A stretch of 64,000 nucleotides of DNA from an uncultured Candidatus Saccharibacteria bacterium (GCA_964531375.1 CAZHDO010000004.1:147-64146); one strand, 5' to 3'. Numbered from the stretch's first letter, positions 18,362-27,692 are shown. A program made the numbers and translations. The notes: generated by a model from the letters alone, not told the origin.

Positions 18362-18518
18362 CAGAACCCTCTAGGTAATCCACATCGATTTTTTGGCCAA
18401 CACGGAAACCAAATCTATAGAGAATACTATTAGCAATGCGGATCATAGGTTTTAATTCTTTGTTTGAAACAAGACCATATTTACCAGTCGCATAATTAAC
18501 GATCATTTTTCTTTTCAT
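18342..18518 (-). CDS. SymE-like toxin (AbrB/SpoVT-fold, type I TA toxin family) candidate, 58 aa
   Basis: Hand translation MKRKMIVNYATGKYGLVSNKELKPMIRIANSILYRFGFRVGQKIDVDYLEGSVVITRR. It aligns by eye to E. coli SymE at V.YA..Y...P.I.....L...GF..G..VDV...EG..V.T. Confidence 0.45.
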   Translation of the reverse strand: MKRKMIVNYATGKYGLVSNKELKPMIRIANSILYRFGFRVGQKIDVDYLEGSVVITRR

Positions 18519-18524
18519 GTTTGA

Positions 18525-18830
18525 TTAATTAGAAGACAACTTCTCAACCTGAGGGTAATAAAAAAGATGGATAGTCTTCGGATATTTCTTAATGACCACA
18601 CCCTGATCGTTTTTCTTTTCTACAATCGTAATAGACCTCAAAGACTTCTCGCCTTTCTTAACGACGTAACCCAAGCTTCTCCAATCTCGAAAAGTTCTAC
18701 AATTACTATATGGATCGTATTGCTTGGCACTTTCTGCTCCATAGCGTTCGGATATCTGTTGAAAAATTAGCTCCCTAGTTATTTCCGAGCCTCGATAATT
18801 TGTTTTAACCTTATCTTCTGACATAACCAA
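18525..18830 (-). CDS. ArdC N-terminal-domain-like (DUF1738) ssDNA-binding protein, short
   Basis: CRTFRDWRSLGYVVKKGEKSL resembles the ArdC_N core motif TFKQW..LGR.V+KGEK. Confidence 0.45.
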   Translation of the reverse strand: MVMSEDKVKTNYRGSEITRELIFQQISERYGAESAKQYDPYSNCRTFRDWRSLGYVVKKGEKSLRSITIVEKKNDQGVVIKKYPKTIHLFYYPQVEKLSSN

Positions 18831-19222
18831 TAATTAACACTAATAAAAAGCACCAGGACTAGTGGTGCTAAGCATGAGAAAGTTTTTATTTAAACTATCT
18901 CACTTGAAAAGTATTTAAAGGTTGATCTAACTTAAATACCCAAAAGATAGGATTTCGTATGAGCCATAAGAAATAGAAAGCAATAGCAATGTGGAAGCAA
19001 ATAAATAGTATGCAAATAAGGTGTGCAAGCTCCTAGTCCTTAGGACTAGGGCCAAGGGGGGGGTTGTTCGATTTGGGTCCCCTGGTGTAAACAAGATACT
19101 ATCCGTTAGGTACTCACCCGTTCCCATGCCTACTTTCCCAAAACTTTCACCCTTAAAAAATCAACGAGCTCTAAATTTTTTTCTAAAAATTTTCAAAATG
19201 GGCCTTATGTTAAGATTTAGAC

Positions 19223-19786
19223 ATGACAAAAACACTAGTAGAAGGGTGCTTTTCACTGGACACAGCACACATTAAAAAGAACCTGGGACGAGCTAGAATA
19301 CACCAAGAGAACATCTCAGGCCAACTTGTAGGTATTCTTGCTGGAAAGCGTCTTATAATAAATTACTGGTTTGAATATGAAGAAGAAGACTCACTGGCGG
19401 TAAGTATAAATGGAAGGCTGGCTCAAAGGATAGGACTAAGTACCCAGGCAATAACATTTGGGACTCGGACATACCTTGTTTGTGAATGTGGCAAGAAGGT
19501 CAGCAAGCTTTATCTTGCCGACCATGGTGGTGATTTAAGGTGTAGAAAGTGTTTGGGTTTGACCTATGAACTGAACACCATAAACAAGGACACAGTACAT
19601 GGTAGGTTCTTTTATCAGATAAACAGGATGATAAAGTTAGCCAATAAAAGTGAGGCAATGGCTAGGATTTTTTACAAAGGAAGATATACCAAGGCGTTCC
19701 TTAGGAACTTAAGAATGATGGCCAAGGCCGGTTTCCCAGAGAAAGGGCTCGAAGCGAGAGGGCTTATGGAGAATATTTGGGCTTGA
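19223..19786 (+). CDS. hypothetical protein with Cys4 zinc-ribbon
   Basis: CECGKKVSKLYLADHGGDLRCRKC. Confidence 0.35.
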   Translation: MTKTLVEGCFSLDTAHIKKNLGRARIHQENISGQLVGILAGKRLIINYWFEYEEEDSLAVSINGRLAQRIGLSTQAITFGTRTYLVCECGKKVSKLYLADHGGDLRCRKCLGLTYELNTINKDTVHGRFFYQINRMIKLANKSEAMARIFYKGRYTKAFLRNLRMMAKAGFPEKGLEARGLMENIWA

Positions 19787-19961
19787 TCTAATATTTTTAA
19801 TGAGACTAGAATATTTAAATTGGGCCAATAAGCAAAAAGTACGAAGTTATCCGTACTTGGTTAGGAAACTAGGGTCAGTTTTTAAATAAAAAAAACATAA
19901 CAAAACGAGACTTGCTAAATAAACTAGTCTGTCCTAATGTTAGCTTAATAAACAAGCTAAT

Positions 19962-21014
19962 ATGGATTTCCTATCAAACAACTACATAGACGAAGAAGTC
20001 CTGTTGAGTTTACTAAAATACTCAAGACCGAAACTATTCCCCAAAAAAGAGGGTATTTTTAAGGGCATAACACTATTAAAAGAATTTGGCCCTTGGGGTC
20101 CTCAGGTTAAAACTAGAGGAATTGATTATTTAGCAGACCTACTAACACAGCTTGAGATTACAAAAACGAATAAAGTTGGTAAATTAATCAAAGACGAAGA
20201 TGGAAGTCTAAAGCCAGATTTTAATCAAGAAATAACACTCTTTGACCTGATAAAACAACTCAAAAACGAACCATTTAGTGAAAATTGGAATACTTATTTT
20301 ATTATTAACAATGGTTCTTCTAAATCAGCCAAAAGGGTAAGGGAATATTTAGATGGGTATATAGAAAGATTTAGGAAAGACGAACTTGTCGAAAATCAAA
20401 ACATAGCACATCTTCCCTATCAAAAACAAAAAGAGTATCTATTCAAAAGCATCATACAAGAGATATCTAACAAGACACCTGAGGGTGATAATATCATTAT
20501 TAAAATTAATGGGAAAATAACAACAGATGATGTTTCCCCTATCGCGTCATTCCTATCTTATGAACAAGAGCAACTGATAAAAATATTAAAAGGACCACAA
20601 CCAAAAACAGAAAATGGAATCACTAAATATTCAATAACCATAAAAGTCAAAAAAGAAAATCTGGAAAGATTTGAAAATGAGAGAAGAAAATATACTGATG
20701 AAATAATCGGGGTTAGAACTTTCTACGATTTCAAAAATGACATTTTATATGTTCGTGGAGATAAAATAAAAACCAACAGTGACGAACAAAGAAGGGTTTT
20801 GAGAATAATTTTTAAAGACGATAAAAAAATTAAAGAAAAATGGGAGTATAGTAAAGTAACAAAGGATCAAGCTGTAGATGAAATAATAACAAATGAAAAA
20901 TATAAAAACTTTTTTTCTCACCTTAATCACAAAATTAAAGAAAAAACAGGGATTGAATCTTTTTTCGAGGTGCATGAAAATTGGGTAAAAATAAGGGAAA
21001 GATATTTGGCTTAA
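19962..21014 (+). CDS. hypothetical Lys-rich protein
   Basis: ORF, followed by a terminator hairpin at 21062..21089. Confidence 0.35.
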   Translation: MDFLSNNYIDEEVLLSLLKYSRPKLFPKKEGIFKGITLLKEFGPWGPQVKTRGIDYLADLLTQLEITKTNKVGKLIKDEDGSLKPDFNQEITLFDLIKQLKNEPFSENWNTYFIINNGSSKSAKRVREYLDGYIERFRKDELVENQNIAHLPYQKQKEYLFKSIIQEISNKTPEGDNIIIKINGKITTDDVSPIASFLSYEQEQLIKILKGPQPKTENGITKYSITIKVKKENLERFENERRKYTDEIIGVRTFYDFKNDILYVRGDKIKTNSDEQRRVLRIIFKDDKKIKEKWEYSKVTKDQAVDEIITNEKYKNFFSHLNHKIKEKTGIESFFEVHENWVKIRERYLA

Positions 21015-21061
21015 ATAGGCTTATGTTTTTTTAAGCCAATCTAACAATCGCATATGACAAT

Positions 21062-21089
21062 CTAGGGACAATATTCCCTAGATTTTTTT
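21062..21089 (+). terminator. Rho-independent terminator (ctaggga-caatat-tccctag + T8)
   Basis: Perfect 7-bp stem followed by attttttt. Confidence 0.6.
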
Positions 21090-21127
21090 ATTACGGGAGT
21101 GGATTAAAAAATAAACATAAAATAAAG

Positions 21128-21544
21128 ATGAAAAAAGATAGTAAAAATCTACACGAGCTAATTGATGCGGGGCTCTCGCTTATCCCAATTAAGGAAGGCG
21201 AAAAGATTCCTCATCCTTCTTGTCTTGATTCAAACAAGAAACACAATCTCTTATATACGCAATCTACGCGTGAAGAACTCGATCATTGGATAAATTCGGG
21301 GGTCACCTCTTGGGCTATTGCTGGGGGCAAGGTCTCGGGCAATTTAGTGACTTTAGATTTCGACGAAAAAAACTATCCAGGATTATACGAACTCTGGTAC
21401 GCCAAACTATCAGATGACCAAAAAAGGATTGTTGATAGCTGCTATAAAAACAGCACACGAAACAAAGGGACGCATCTGAGATATAGAACAGAGACGCCAC
21501 AGCCGAGCATAAAGTTAGCTAGTAAAATTAATTTAAAAAAATAA
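21128..21544 (+). CDS. bifunctional DNA primase/polymerase N-terminal domain (prim-pol) protein
   Basis: GLSLIPIKEGEKIPH and NLVTLDFDEKN (the D-x-D of the Prim-Pol fold). Followed 3 nt later by the helicase gene. Confidence 0.5.
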   Translation: MKKDSKNLHELIDAGLSLIPIKEGEKIPHPSCLDSNKKHNLLYTQSTREELDHWINSGVTSWAIAGGKVSGNLVTLDFDEKNYPGLYELWYAKLSDDQKRIVDSCYKNSTRNKGTHLRYRTETPQPSIKLASKINLKK

Positions 21545-21546
21545 AT

Positions 21547-23208
21547 ATGAATAATGAAACAACAGCAGAAACTCGCGCAGAAGGTACCTATGCTCTTATT
21601 CCCCCATCTTCAGGCTACACGACACTACAGGGCGACTTATTAAACCTACCAATTATTTCAAATGAAATTCACGAAGAGTTAATAGACATACTACGCACTT
21701 TTAACGAAGTCAAAGAAGAGCCAGCCACCGAATATGAATGGAAATCGACAGACGCTTCGACCGAAGATAGACCCGGAGACGTACTAAATAGACAAGCTAC
21801 TTGGAAAGAAGTTCTCGAACCTCATGGTTGGGTTGAAGAAACTGAGAATCACTGGAGACGACCTGGCAAAAGAGATGGCGAAGGTATTTCTGCCACGACA
21901 GACCATGACGGCAAATCTATGCTTTATGTATTTTCAACATCTGCTGATCCATTCAAAGCAAACACCGGATATTCTAAATTCCATGTATACACGCTACTTA
22001 ATCACAATGGGAATTTTAAAGAAGCAGCTCGAGTCTTAGGAGAGAAATACGGTCTATCGCCAATAACAAAAGTAAATGACACAAATAACACGGTCTCAAA
22101 AATAGCGACAGCAATCCCCGTCCCTGTTCTCTGGGATGAGTTCAACAAAACGAGCTTCCCTACAAAAAATTGGCGCATAAAAGGACTTGTTCCAATAGAG
22201 GGATTTGTAATCCTAGCAGCAATATCTGGTGAGGGTAAAACATGGATTGCGTTGGAAATGGCAAACACAATAGCACAAGGCAGAAACTTTCTAAACAACC
22301 CAGAATTCGAAACCAAAAAAGGAACTGTCTTGTATTTAGATATCGAAATGGCTAAAAGCGAGTTCCAAAGACGTGGAAGATTGTTGAATATCGACGGCTC
22401 TATTCATGTTTTAAGTGGCTGCGAACTAAATCTAAACAATGACATCGGGGCCAATTGGCTACTTAAGTACATAGACGACAACAAGATTGATGTTGTTATT
22501 GTGGATACATTTAGAGCTGTTGCAGGAGGTATGAAGGAGGACAGAGCTGAGGAGGTTAGAAGTTTTTTCAACAAATTCAGACCCCTTAAAAGCAAGGAAG
22601 TAGTTGTTATCTTTCTAGACCACTTCAGAAAACCACAAAGGTTTGAGGGTAGGATTCCACAAAAGGAGCACCTCTTTGCCAGCCAAGATAAAGCTGCCTC
22701 GGTTGAAAGCTTAATAATGATGAGAAGAGACGAAAATACGGAAAATATAAACATTTATCAAAGAAAAAATCGCATAGGCAAAGAAGTACTCCCCTTCTAC
22801 GTAACAATGAAAGATGGAGTGTCTGGCAAAGATCCTAAAGTAGAAAGGTTAAATTTAACCTATGGAGGAATTATTTCTGAAAAAGAAAAAGTTATTGAAA
22901 AAATAATGCCGTTAATAATGGAGGCTCTAAAAGACGGTGGCAAAGACACAAACGAAATAATAGCTATTTGCAAAAGTGGCCTGAGTGCGGGTGACACAAA
23001 CATAAAGGAGGCTCTAAAGATTCTTTTGGCAGAAAAAACAATCACAATGAATAAAAAAGGGAGAAGGAATTTTTATACTTCAAATGTGCCTGTTGACACT
23101 GAGAATACTGACGACAACACCACTTCAACAGAAACTGGTGAAAATACCAGGGACGAGGACACTTTGAGTGAAGTTGAGAAGACAAACGCCCAATTTGATA
23201 ATTTTTAA
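21547..23208 (+). CDS. replicative RecA-like (AAA_25/RepA/DnaB-family) helicase with C-terminal wHTH, primase-associated
   Basis: Walker A ILAAISGEGKTW, Walker B IDVVIVDTFR, arginine finger region FLDHFRKPQR. Confidence 0.6.
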   Translation: MNNETTAETRAEGTYALIPPSSGYTTLQGDLLNLPIISNEIHEELIDILRTFNEVKEEPATEYEWKSTDASTEDRPGDVLNRQATWKEVLEPHGWVEETENHWRRPGKRDGEGISATTDHDGKSMLYVFSTSADPFKANTGYSKFHVYTLLNHNGNFKEAARVLGEKYGLSPITKVNDTNNTVSKIATAIPVPVLWDEFNKTSFPTKNWRIKGLVPIEGFVILAAISGEGKTWIALEMANTIAQGRNFLNNPEFETKKGTVLYLDIEMAKSEFQRRGRLLNIDGSIHVLSGCELNLNNDIGANWLLKYIDDNKIDVVIVDTFRAVAGGMKEDRAEEVRSFFNKFRPLKSKEVVVIFLDHFRKPQRFEGRIPQKEHLFASQDKAASVESLIMMRRDENTENINIYQRKNRIGKEVLPFYVTMKDGVSGKDPKVERLNLTYGGIISEKEKVIEKIMPLIMEALKDGGKDTNEIIAICKSGLSAGDTNIKEALKILLAEKTITMNKKGRRNFYTSNVPVDTENTDDNTTSTETGENTRDEDTLSEVEKTNAQFDNF

Positions 23209-23221
23209 TCTTTCTGTTTAT

Positions 23222-23280
23222 ACATGTTAATAAGTTAACAAGCTATTCACTCCCTCTAACCTGTTAACTTCTTAACATGT
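23222..23280. repeat. long inverted repeat (19-bp arms, 21-nt spacer): candidate origin of replication or terminator of the replication module
   Basis: acatgttaataagttaaca ... tgttaacttcttaacatgt (18/19 complementary), immediately 3' of the helicase gene. Confidence 0.45.
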
Positions 23281-23349
23281 ATTTACTACAAGAAGGAATT
23301 AAGAAGATGTGGTTAGACAACAAAATTACAATTCTAATTTAAAAACAAA

Positions 23350-23634
23350 ATGAGAAGTATTGAAAGACGTTTTAAGGAAATAGAGAACAAAGACCAAGGA
23401 CCGGGAACTGTCATTAACTTTGGCAAAGCAGTAGTGGGACAAAATTTCTCTCATAAAATTATTACTATGTGGTTCAATAAATTAGTTGATCCTGACGATT
23501 ACCTGAAAAGCGAGAAGAAAGGGATATTGGCACACCTCGACCAGCTTACCAAAATGCCTGAGGAGGTCGTTAAATTGAATAAATTTGAGATTAAAGGCAC
23601 TCCGTTTATTAAAGTGGCACAAAACCACAACTAA
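23350..23634 (+). CDS. hypothetical protein
   Basis: ORF only. Confidence 0.3.
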   Translation: MRSIERRFKEIENKDQGPGTVINFGKAVVGQNFSHKIITMWFNKLVDPDDYLKSEKKGILAHLDQLTKMPEEVVKLNKFEIKGTPFIKVAQNHN

Positions 23635-23775
23635 TCCCAAAAATAATGACAACCGTACAAAAAGTGCACCATTGCAACTTGACTGAAATATTGATGGGTC
23701 TATTCTTTAATAGGAACCCAATGACTTTTAAAATGATTGAAAGTCACACCATGCTTACTTTGAAAATTAAATAAA

Positions 23776-23994
23776 ATGGATGTATCGAGGGACAATACAG
23801 AAAGACTGCTGAATAGAAATGAGGTAATGAAAATGCTCAACATATCAAAAGCTGGATTTTATAGACTAGTCTATAAAAGAGAGATCCCCTTCTATAAAGT
23901 TGGCGGTGGCTTGAGATTTTCTGTGGAGGATATTCTTTCTTATCTGAAAAACAATAGAGTTCCCTCGATACATGAATATAAAAAACAAATATGA
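23776..23994 (+). CDS. excisionase/HTH_17-family DNA-binding protein
   Basis: LNISKAGFYRLVYKREIPFYKVGGGLRFSVEDILSYL is a typical helix-turn-helix excisionase domain. 4-nt overlap with the integrase start. Confidence 0.55.
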   Translation: MDVSRDNTERLLNRNEVMKMLNISKAGFYRLVYKREIPFYKVGGGLRFSVEDILSYLKNNRVPSIHEYKKQI

Positions 23995-25133
23995 GCGTTA
24001 GAAAAATAAGAAATAAGTACTGGGTGGACTTTACCCACGACCGTACCAGGTACAGAAGAATGAGTCCTGAAAATTCCAGAGCCGGAGCTTCCGCTTTTGA
24101 AGTGGCGCTTAGGCACAAGCTTGCGATAGGAGAAAGCATAGATAAAGTATCCTGCAAAAATGAAAAGGAAAAGACTTTCAAAGATTTCTCTCTTGAATGG
24201 TTTAATACTTATGTCAAAAACAATAATAAAGCGGCTGAGATAAAAAGAAAAGAGAGTGCTTTGAATAGACACCTTATCCCCTTTTTTGGAAAAAAAGAGA
24301 TAAACAAAATAACTGGAAGAGATGTGGAAAATTTCAAGGCTCTGAAAAGGAACGAAGGGCTATCTAATAAATCGACAAATAATTACCTTGATGTATTCAG
24401 TAAATGTTTAGCAAGTGCAAACGAGTGGTTTGGCCTGGACAATTTGCCAAAAATGAAGAAATTGAAACTCCCTCCACTGAAAAACCTTTTTCTTTCAACA
24501 GAAGAATGCAAGAAACTCCTGGAAAACACTGAAGGAATTTGGCGTGAAATTATACTTACGGCTATGACGACAGGAATGAGGCAGGGAGAATTAAAGGCGC
24601 TCGACTGGCCAGATGTCGATCTTGAAAACAAAGAGATAACGGTCAGGTACTCTTGGTGCGAGTATTCACAAGACAAAGTAGCCCCCAAAAGCAACAAGGA
24701 GAGAAAGATACCGATAACTAATGAGCTTTGTTGGGAATTAATAAAAAGAAGACAGAAGACAGGAATAGTATTCCCCGACATACTTGGCAAAAGGTTTGAT
24801 AAACAAAAATTAAATACGAAGATAGCTAGAGGATGTAAAAAGGCCGGCTTGGAAGTAATAACCTGCCACATACTGCGACACACCTATGCTTCACACTTAG
24901 CACTGGCGGGAGTTTCTATACAGAAAATTCAAGCACTGCTGGGCCACGCAAACATACAGATAACAATGCGTTACGCTCATTTGACCCCCTCCAGTTTAAG
25001 AGAAGCAGTAAATATGTTAGAGCCGCTAGTCACTCCTTCTTTAATTTTAAGGCAACCGGCAGGCAACGCGGTAAAAAAAAGCGCCGTTGCATTTTGGGGC
25101 GAAACGGCACCTTTTCCAAATAAGCTTATCTGA
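23991..25133 (+). CDS. int: tyrosine-type site-specific integrase (phage integrase family)
   Basis: Catalytic residues TGMRQGE (Arg), HILRHTYASHLA (His-x-x-Arg), GHANIQITMRYAHL (Tyr). The gene ends 27 nt from the tRNA 3' end. Confidence 0.85.
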   Translation: MSVRKIRNKYWVDFTHDRTRYRRMSPENSRAGASAFEVALRHKLAIGESIDKVSCKNEKEKTFKDFSLEWFNTYVKNNNKAAEIKRKESALNRHLIPFFGKKEINKITGRDVENFKALKRNEGLSNKSTNNYLDVFSKCLASANEWFGLDNLPKMKKLKLPPLKNLFLSTEECKKLLENTEGIWREIILTAMTTGMRQGELKALDWPDVDLENKEITVRYSWCEYSQDKVAPKSNKERKIPITNELCWELIKRRQKTGIVFPDILGKRFDKQKLNTKIARGCKKAGLEVITCHILRHTYASHLALAGVSIQKIQALLGHANIQITMRYAHLTPSSLREAVNMLEPLVTPSLILRQPAGNAVKKSAVAFWGETAPFPNKLI

Positions 25134-25154
25134 AGAGCTTATTTCGAGAAACAA

Positions 25155-25202
25155 AATTGTTGCGGAGACCGGATTCGCACCGGTGCCCCAAGGTTATGAG
25201 CC
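25155..25202. repeat. 48-bp direct repeat (att core within tRNA-Met), partner of 122..169
   Basis: Identical to 122..169. Confidence 0.8.
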
Positions 25203-25230
25203 TTGTGAGGTACTACTCCTCCACTCCGCT
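25160..25230 (-). tRNA. tRNA-Met(CAU)-type (initiator, elongator Met or Ile2 not resolved); no encoded CCA
   Basis: Hand fold of the minus strand: acceptor AGCGGAG/CTCCGCA with a 1-72 A.A mismatch; D-stem GAGG/CCTC; anticodon stem CAAGG/CCTTG; loop CTCATAA (anticodon CAT); T-stem ACCGG/CCGGT; T-loop TGCGAAT. Confidence 0.7.
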
Positions 25231-25464
25231 ATAAGTCCTGATATAGTACACCCGAATAGAACATTCTGTCAAATATACTACAAAGACAAGCTACTGCTGT
25301 TGTACTAAATTGGCCTCAGTTCCCCCACTTCCCGTAATATAACCACTAATTATTCCAATAGAAATCAAGGTTACGAGAATTACCAAAAAAAACTGAGCGG
25401 TGTATTTCCAAAAATCTTTATCAAAATATTCCATTTCAAAATTATATCACAAACTACCTAAGAT

Positions 25465-26076
25465 TTACTCATCTAATTTATCAAAAATTTTATTATGAGG
25501 AAAATCAATCACATCTCTCACAAACTTATCATAAACAGTCAATCGATATTTGAAATCTTCAGTCTCAAAAACCCCATAATTTAACTCCCTTCCAATCTCA
25601 GATTCGATTGCCTTTATAACATTACTGACAGATTTCTTATTTATATTATCTCCGACAACAAGCAGGTCTGCTCGACTTTTTTCATCATTCATAAAAACGC
25701 CCGCAGTAATAATTAGCCTTATTTTACCAGCACCCTTAAATTTCTTGATCAAATACTCACTATCTAAAACCTCGCCCCCCATAAGAAAAACCTTTAGCTC
25801 GCTTAAATATTTAAAGCCTGGATTTAATTCCCAACCGACCAAAATAGCTTTTTTCTTTTTACCAAGCTTTTTTGTCTCTTTTTCTCCCTTAAATTTCTTC
25901 TTTTTTAGAAATTTTGCCTTTGTAAGTAAAGTTAATTCTTTTAAAACATTATCTTCACTAATTTTAGATTTTGAGGAAATTTGCTCTCTCGTAAAAAGGC
26001 CATTTGGGTTCGCAAAAAACAACCTGAACAATTTTACTCTATTAATACTTCCAAATATTTTTCCAAGTATATCCAT
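25465..26076 (-). CDS. hypothetical Lys-rich protein
   Basis: ORF only. Confidence 0.35.
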   Translation of the reverse strand: MDILGKIFGSINRVKLFRLFFANPNGLFTREQISSKSKISEDNVLKELTLLTKAKFLKKKKFKGEKETKKLGKKKKAILVGWELNPGFKYLSELKVFLMGGEVLDSEYLIKKFKGAGKIRLIITAGVFMNDEKSRADLLVVGDNINKKSVSNVIKAIESEIGRELNYGVFETEDFKYRLTVYDKFVRDVIDFPHNKIFDKLDE

Positions 26077-26098
26077 CCTGTAGTAGAATTTTATTTTA

Positions 26099-26374
26099 TT
26101 AAATCTTTTTCCGACGCTCGTAAAGATACTCTTTTAATCTTAACTTTAACAATCTATTGCCTTGTGTGGTTTTCAAATACCTCTCCCGCCTCCTTGCGTC
26201 CTTTTCGCTAATGCAAGCTTCATAATATATTATTTTCCAGGGACGATATCTTTTTGTAGAAAGATTTAATCCTTGATTATGTTCTATTAATCGCCTTTTT
26301 AGGTTCTCAGTATATCCTATATACAAATTTTCACCTTCCTCGCTTTCTAAAACATAATTATAGAACATAATCAA
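26099..26374 (-). CDS. GIY-YIG nuclease family protein (small)
   Basis: YVLESEEGENLYIGYTENLKRRLIEHNQG (GIY...YIG...R...E). Confidence 0.7.
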   Translation of the reverse strand: MIMFYNYVLESEEGENLYIGYTENLKRRLIEHNQGLNLSTKRYRPWKIIYYEACISEKDARRRERYLKTTQGNRLLKLRLKEYLYERRKKI

Positions 26375-26535
26375 AATAAAATTTCACTACAGGATCCATG
26401 ACGCCACTCATTCTACTAGAACGAATCACTAATTCAAAATGTAAAAACTAAAATGCAAGATTATTCCGATTCCGTCGAGAAGCATCGATAAAATCGTGGT
26501 AATTAAAAAGTCAAAATTTGTAAAATAAAGACACA

Positions 26536-26576
26536 AACAAAAAACTCGCCTTTATTATAAAAGCGAGTTTTTTGTT
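26536..26576 (-). terminator. Rho-independent terminator downstream of rplL
   Basis: aaaactcgc/gcgagtttt 9-bp stem with a T-run on the minus strand. Confidence 0.6.
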
Positions 26577-26612
26577 TTATATACTAAATACCAGATACTT
26601 GATACCTAATAC

Positions 26613-26993
26613 TTATTTCAATGTAACCTTTCCACCTGCGTCCTCAACTTGCTTCTTGAGAGCATCAGCAGCTGTCTTGTCCATTCCCTCCTTAATCATT
26701 GTAGGAGCTTTGTCTACTAAGTCCTTAGCTTCTTTTAAGCCAAGACCAAGAACTTCCTTAACAACCTTGATAACTGCAATCTTATTGTCTCCTGCTGCTG
26801 TTAATTCAGCATTAAAAGAAGACTTCTCAGCTGCAGCCTCACCAGCTGCTACTGGAGCAGCCATCATCATACCTCCGGCCTGTGCCTTTACTCCAAACTT
26901 CTCTTCTAATAAGTGAACTAATTCGGAAAGATCAAGAACAGACATTGTTTCGATCTTCTCTACGATATCTTTAAATTTTGCTGGAATTTCCAT
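26613..26993 (-). CDS. rplL: 50S ribosomal protein L7/L12
   Basis: N-terminal dimerisation helix, Ala/Gly-rich hinge AAPVAAGEAAAEK, C-terminal KIAVIKVVKEVLGLGLKEAKDLVD. Confidence 0.9.
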   Translation of the reverse strand: MEIPAKFKDIVEKIETMSVLDLSELVHLLEEKFGVKAQAGGMMMAAPVAAGEAAAEKSSFNAELTAAGDNKIAVIKVVKEVLGLGLKEAKDLVDKAPTMIKEGMDKTAADALKKQVEDAGGKVTLK

Positions 26994-27016
26994 TTTGTTA
27001 AAATTTAATTTAATAA

Positions 27017-27538
27017 TTATTGCTTTTTCTTAGCAACCTGATCCAACACCATTACAAAGTCTCTAACAACACCGTTTACAGTGCCAACGAATCCTTGAAT
27101 TGGTGCATTCATTACATTCAAAAGTTGTGACAACAAAACTTCTCTACTTGGAACCTTTGAAAGTGCGACCATCTCGCTTTTTGAGAGGAACTTACCTTCC
27201 AAGATACCACCAATGATTGAAACCATTCCCTTGAGCTTTTTCTCAGATTCAGCAATTAGCTTAGCTGAAGTAACCTCATCTGAACCAAAAGCCAAAGCAA
27301 CTTGTCCATCCATTTGTGGTAATGTGCCAGTAATGCCAGCTTCGTTGAAAGCTCTCTTCATAAGAGTTTTCTTTGAAACTACCATCTTTACACCCTGCTC
27401 TCTTAAAGTTTTTCTAAGAGGTGTTACGTCTGAGATCTTTAGTTTATTGAAACCAACAAGCACAGTTGAAGTGGCATTCTTTACACTATCGGTCAAAGAA
27501 ACAACTAATTCCTTCTTTTTATCTTTTGTTATTGCCAT
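27017..27538 (-). CDS. rplJ: 50S ribosomal protein L10
   Basis: Size, position immediately upstream of rplL, and L10 family sequence (VVLVGFNKLKISD...). Confidence 0.85.
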   Translation of the reverse strand: MAITKDKKKELVVSLTDSVKNATSTVLVGFNKLKISDVTPLRKTLREQGVKMVVSKKTLMKRAFNEAGITGTLPQMDGQVALAFGSDEVTSAKLIAESEKKLKGMVSIIGGILEGKFLSKSEMVALSKVPSREVLLSQLLNVMNAPIQGFVGTVNGVVRDFVMVLDQVAKKKQ

Positions 27539-27656
27539 GAGTTTTTTAAAAATAAAAAACGGCCAAAAACCGCTTTCGACCCTCGACAGGACTTATGGAT
27601 GCCTGTTTTCTACGGTTACATTGATAAATATAGATTAAATATCAAGATTAGTCAAC

Positions 27657-27692
27657 CAAAAAGCCTGATCTATGAAGACCAGGCTTTTTATC
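27657..27692. terminator. bidirectional terminator hairpin (aaaagcctg...caggctttt)
   Basis: 8-9 bp stem flanked by an A-run and a T-run. Confidence 0.55.

Noticed and set aside
25087-25308. Track ORF of 73 aa overlapping the tRNA-Met gene
   Set aside because: It lies on the opposite strand across the tRNA and att core, so it is spurious.
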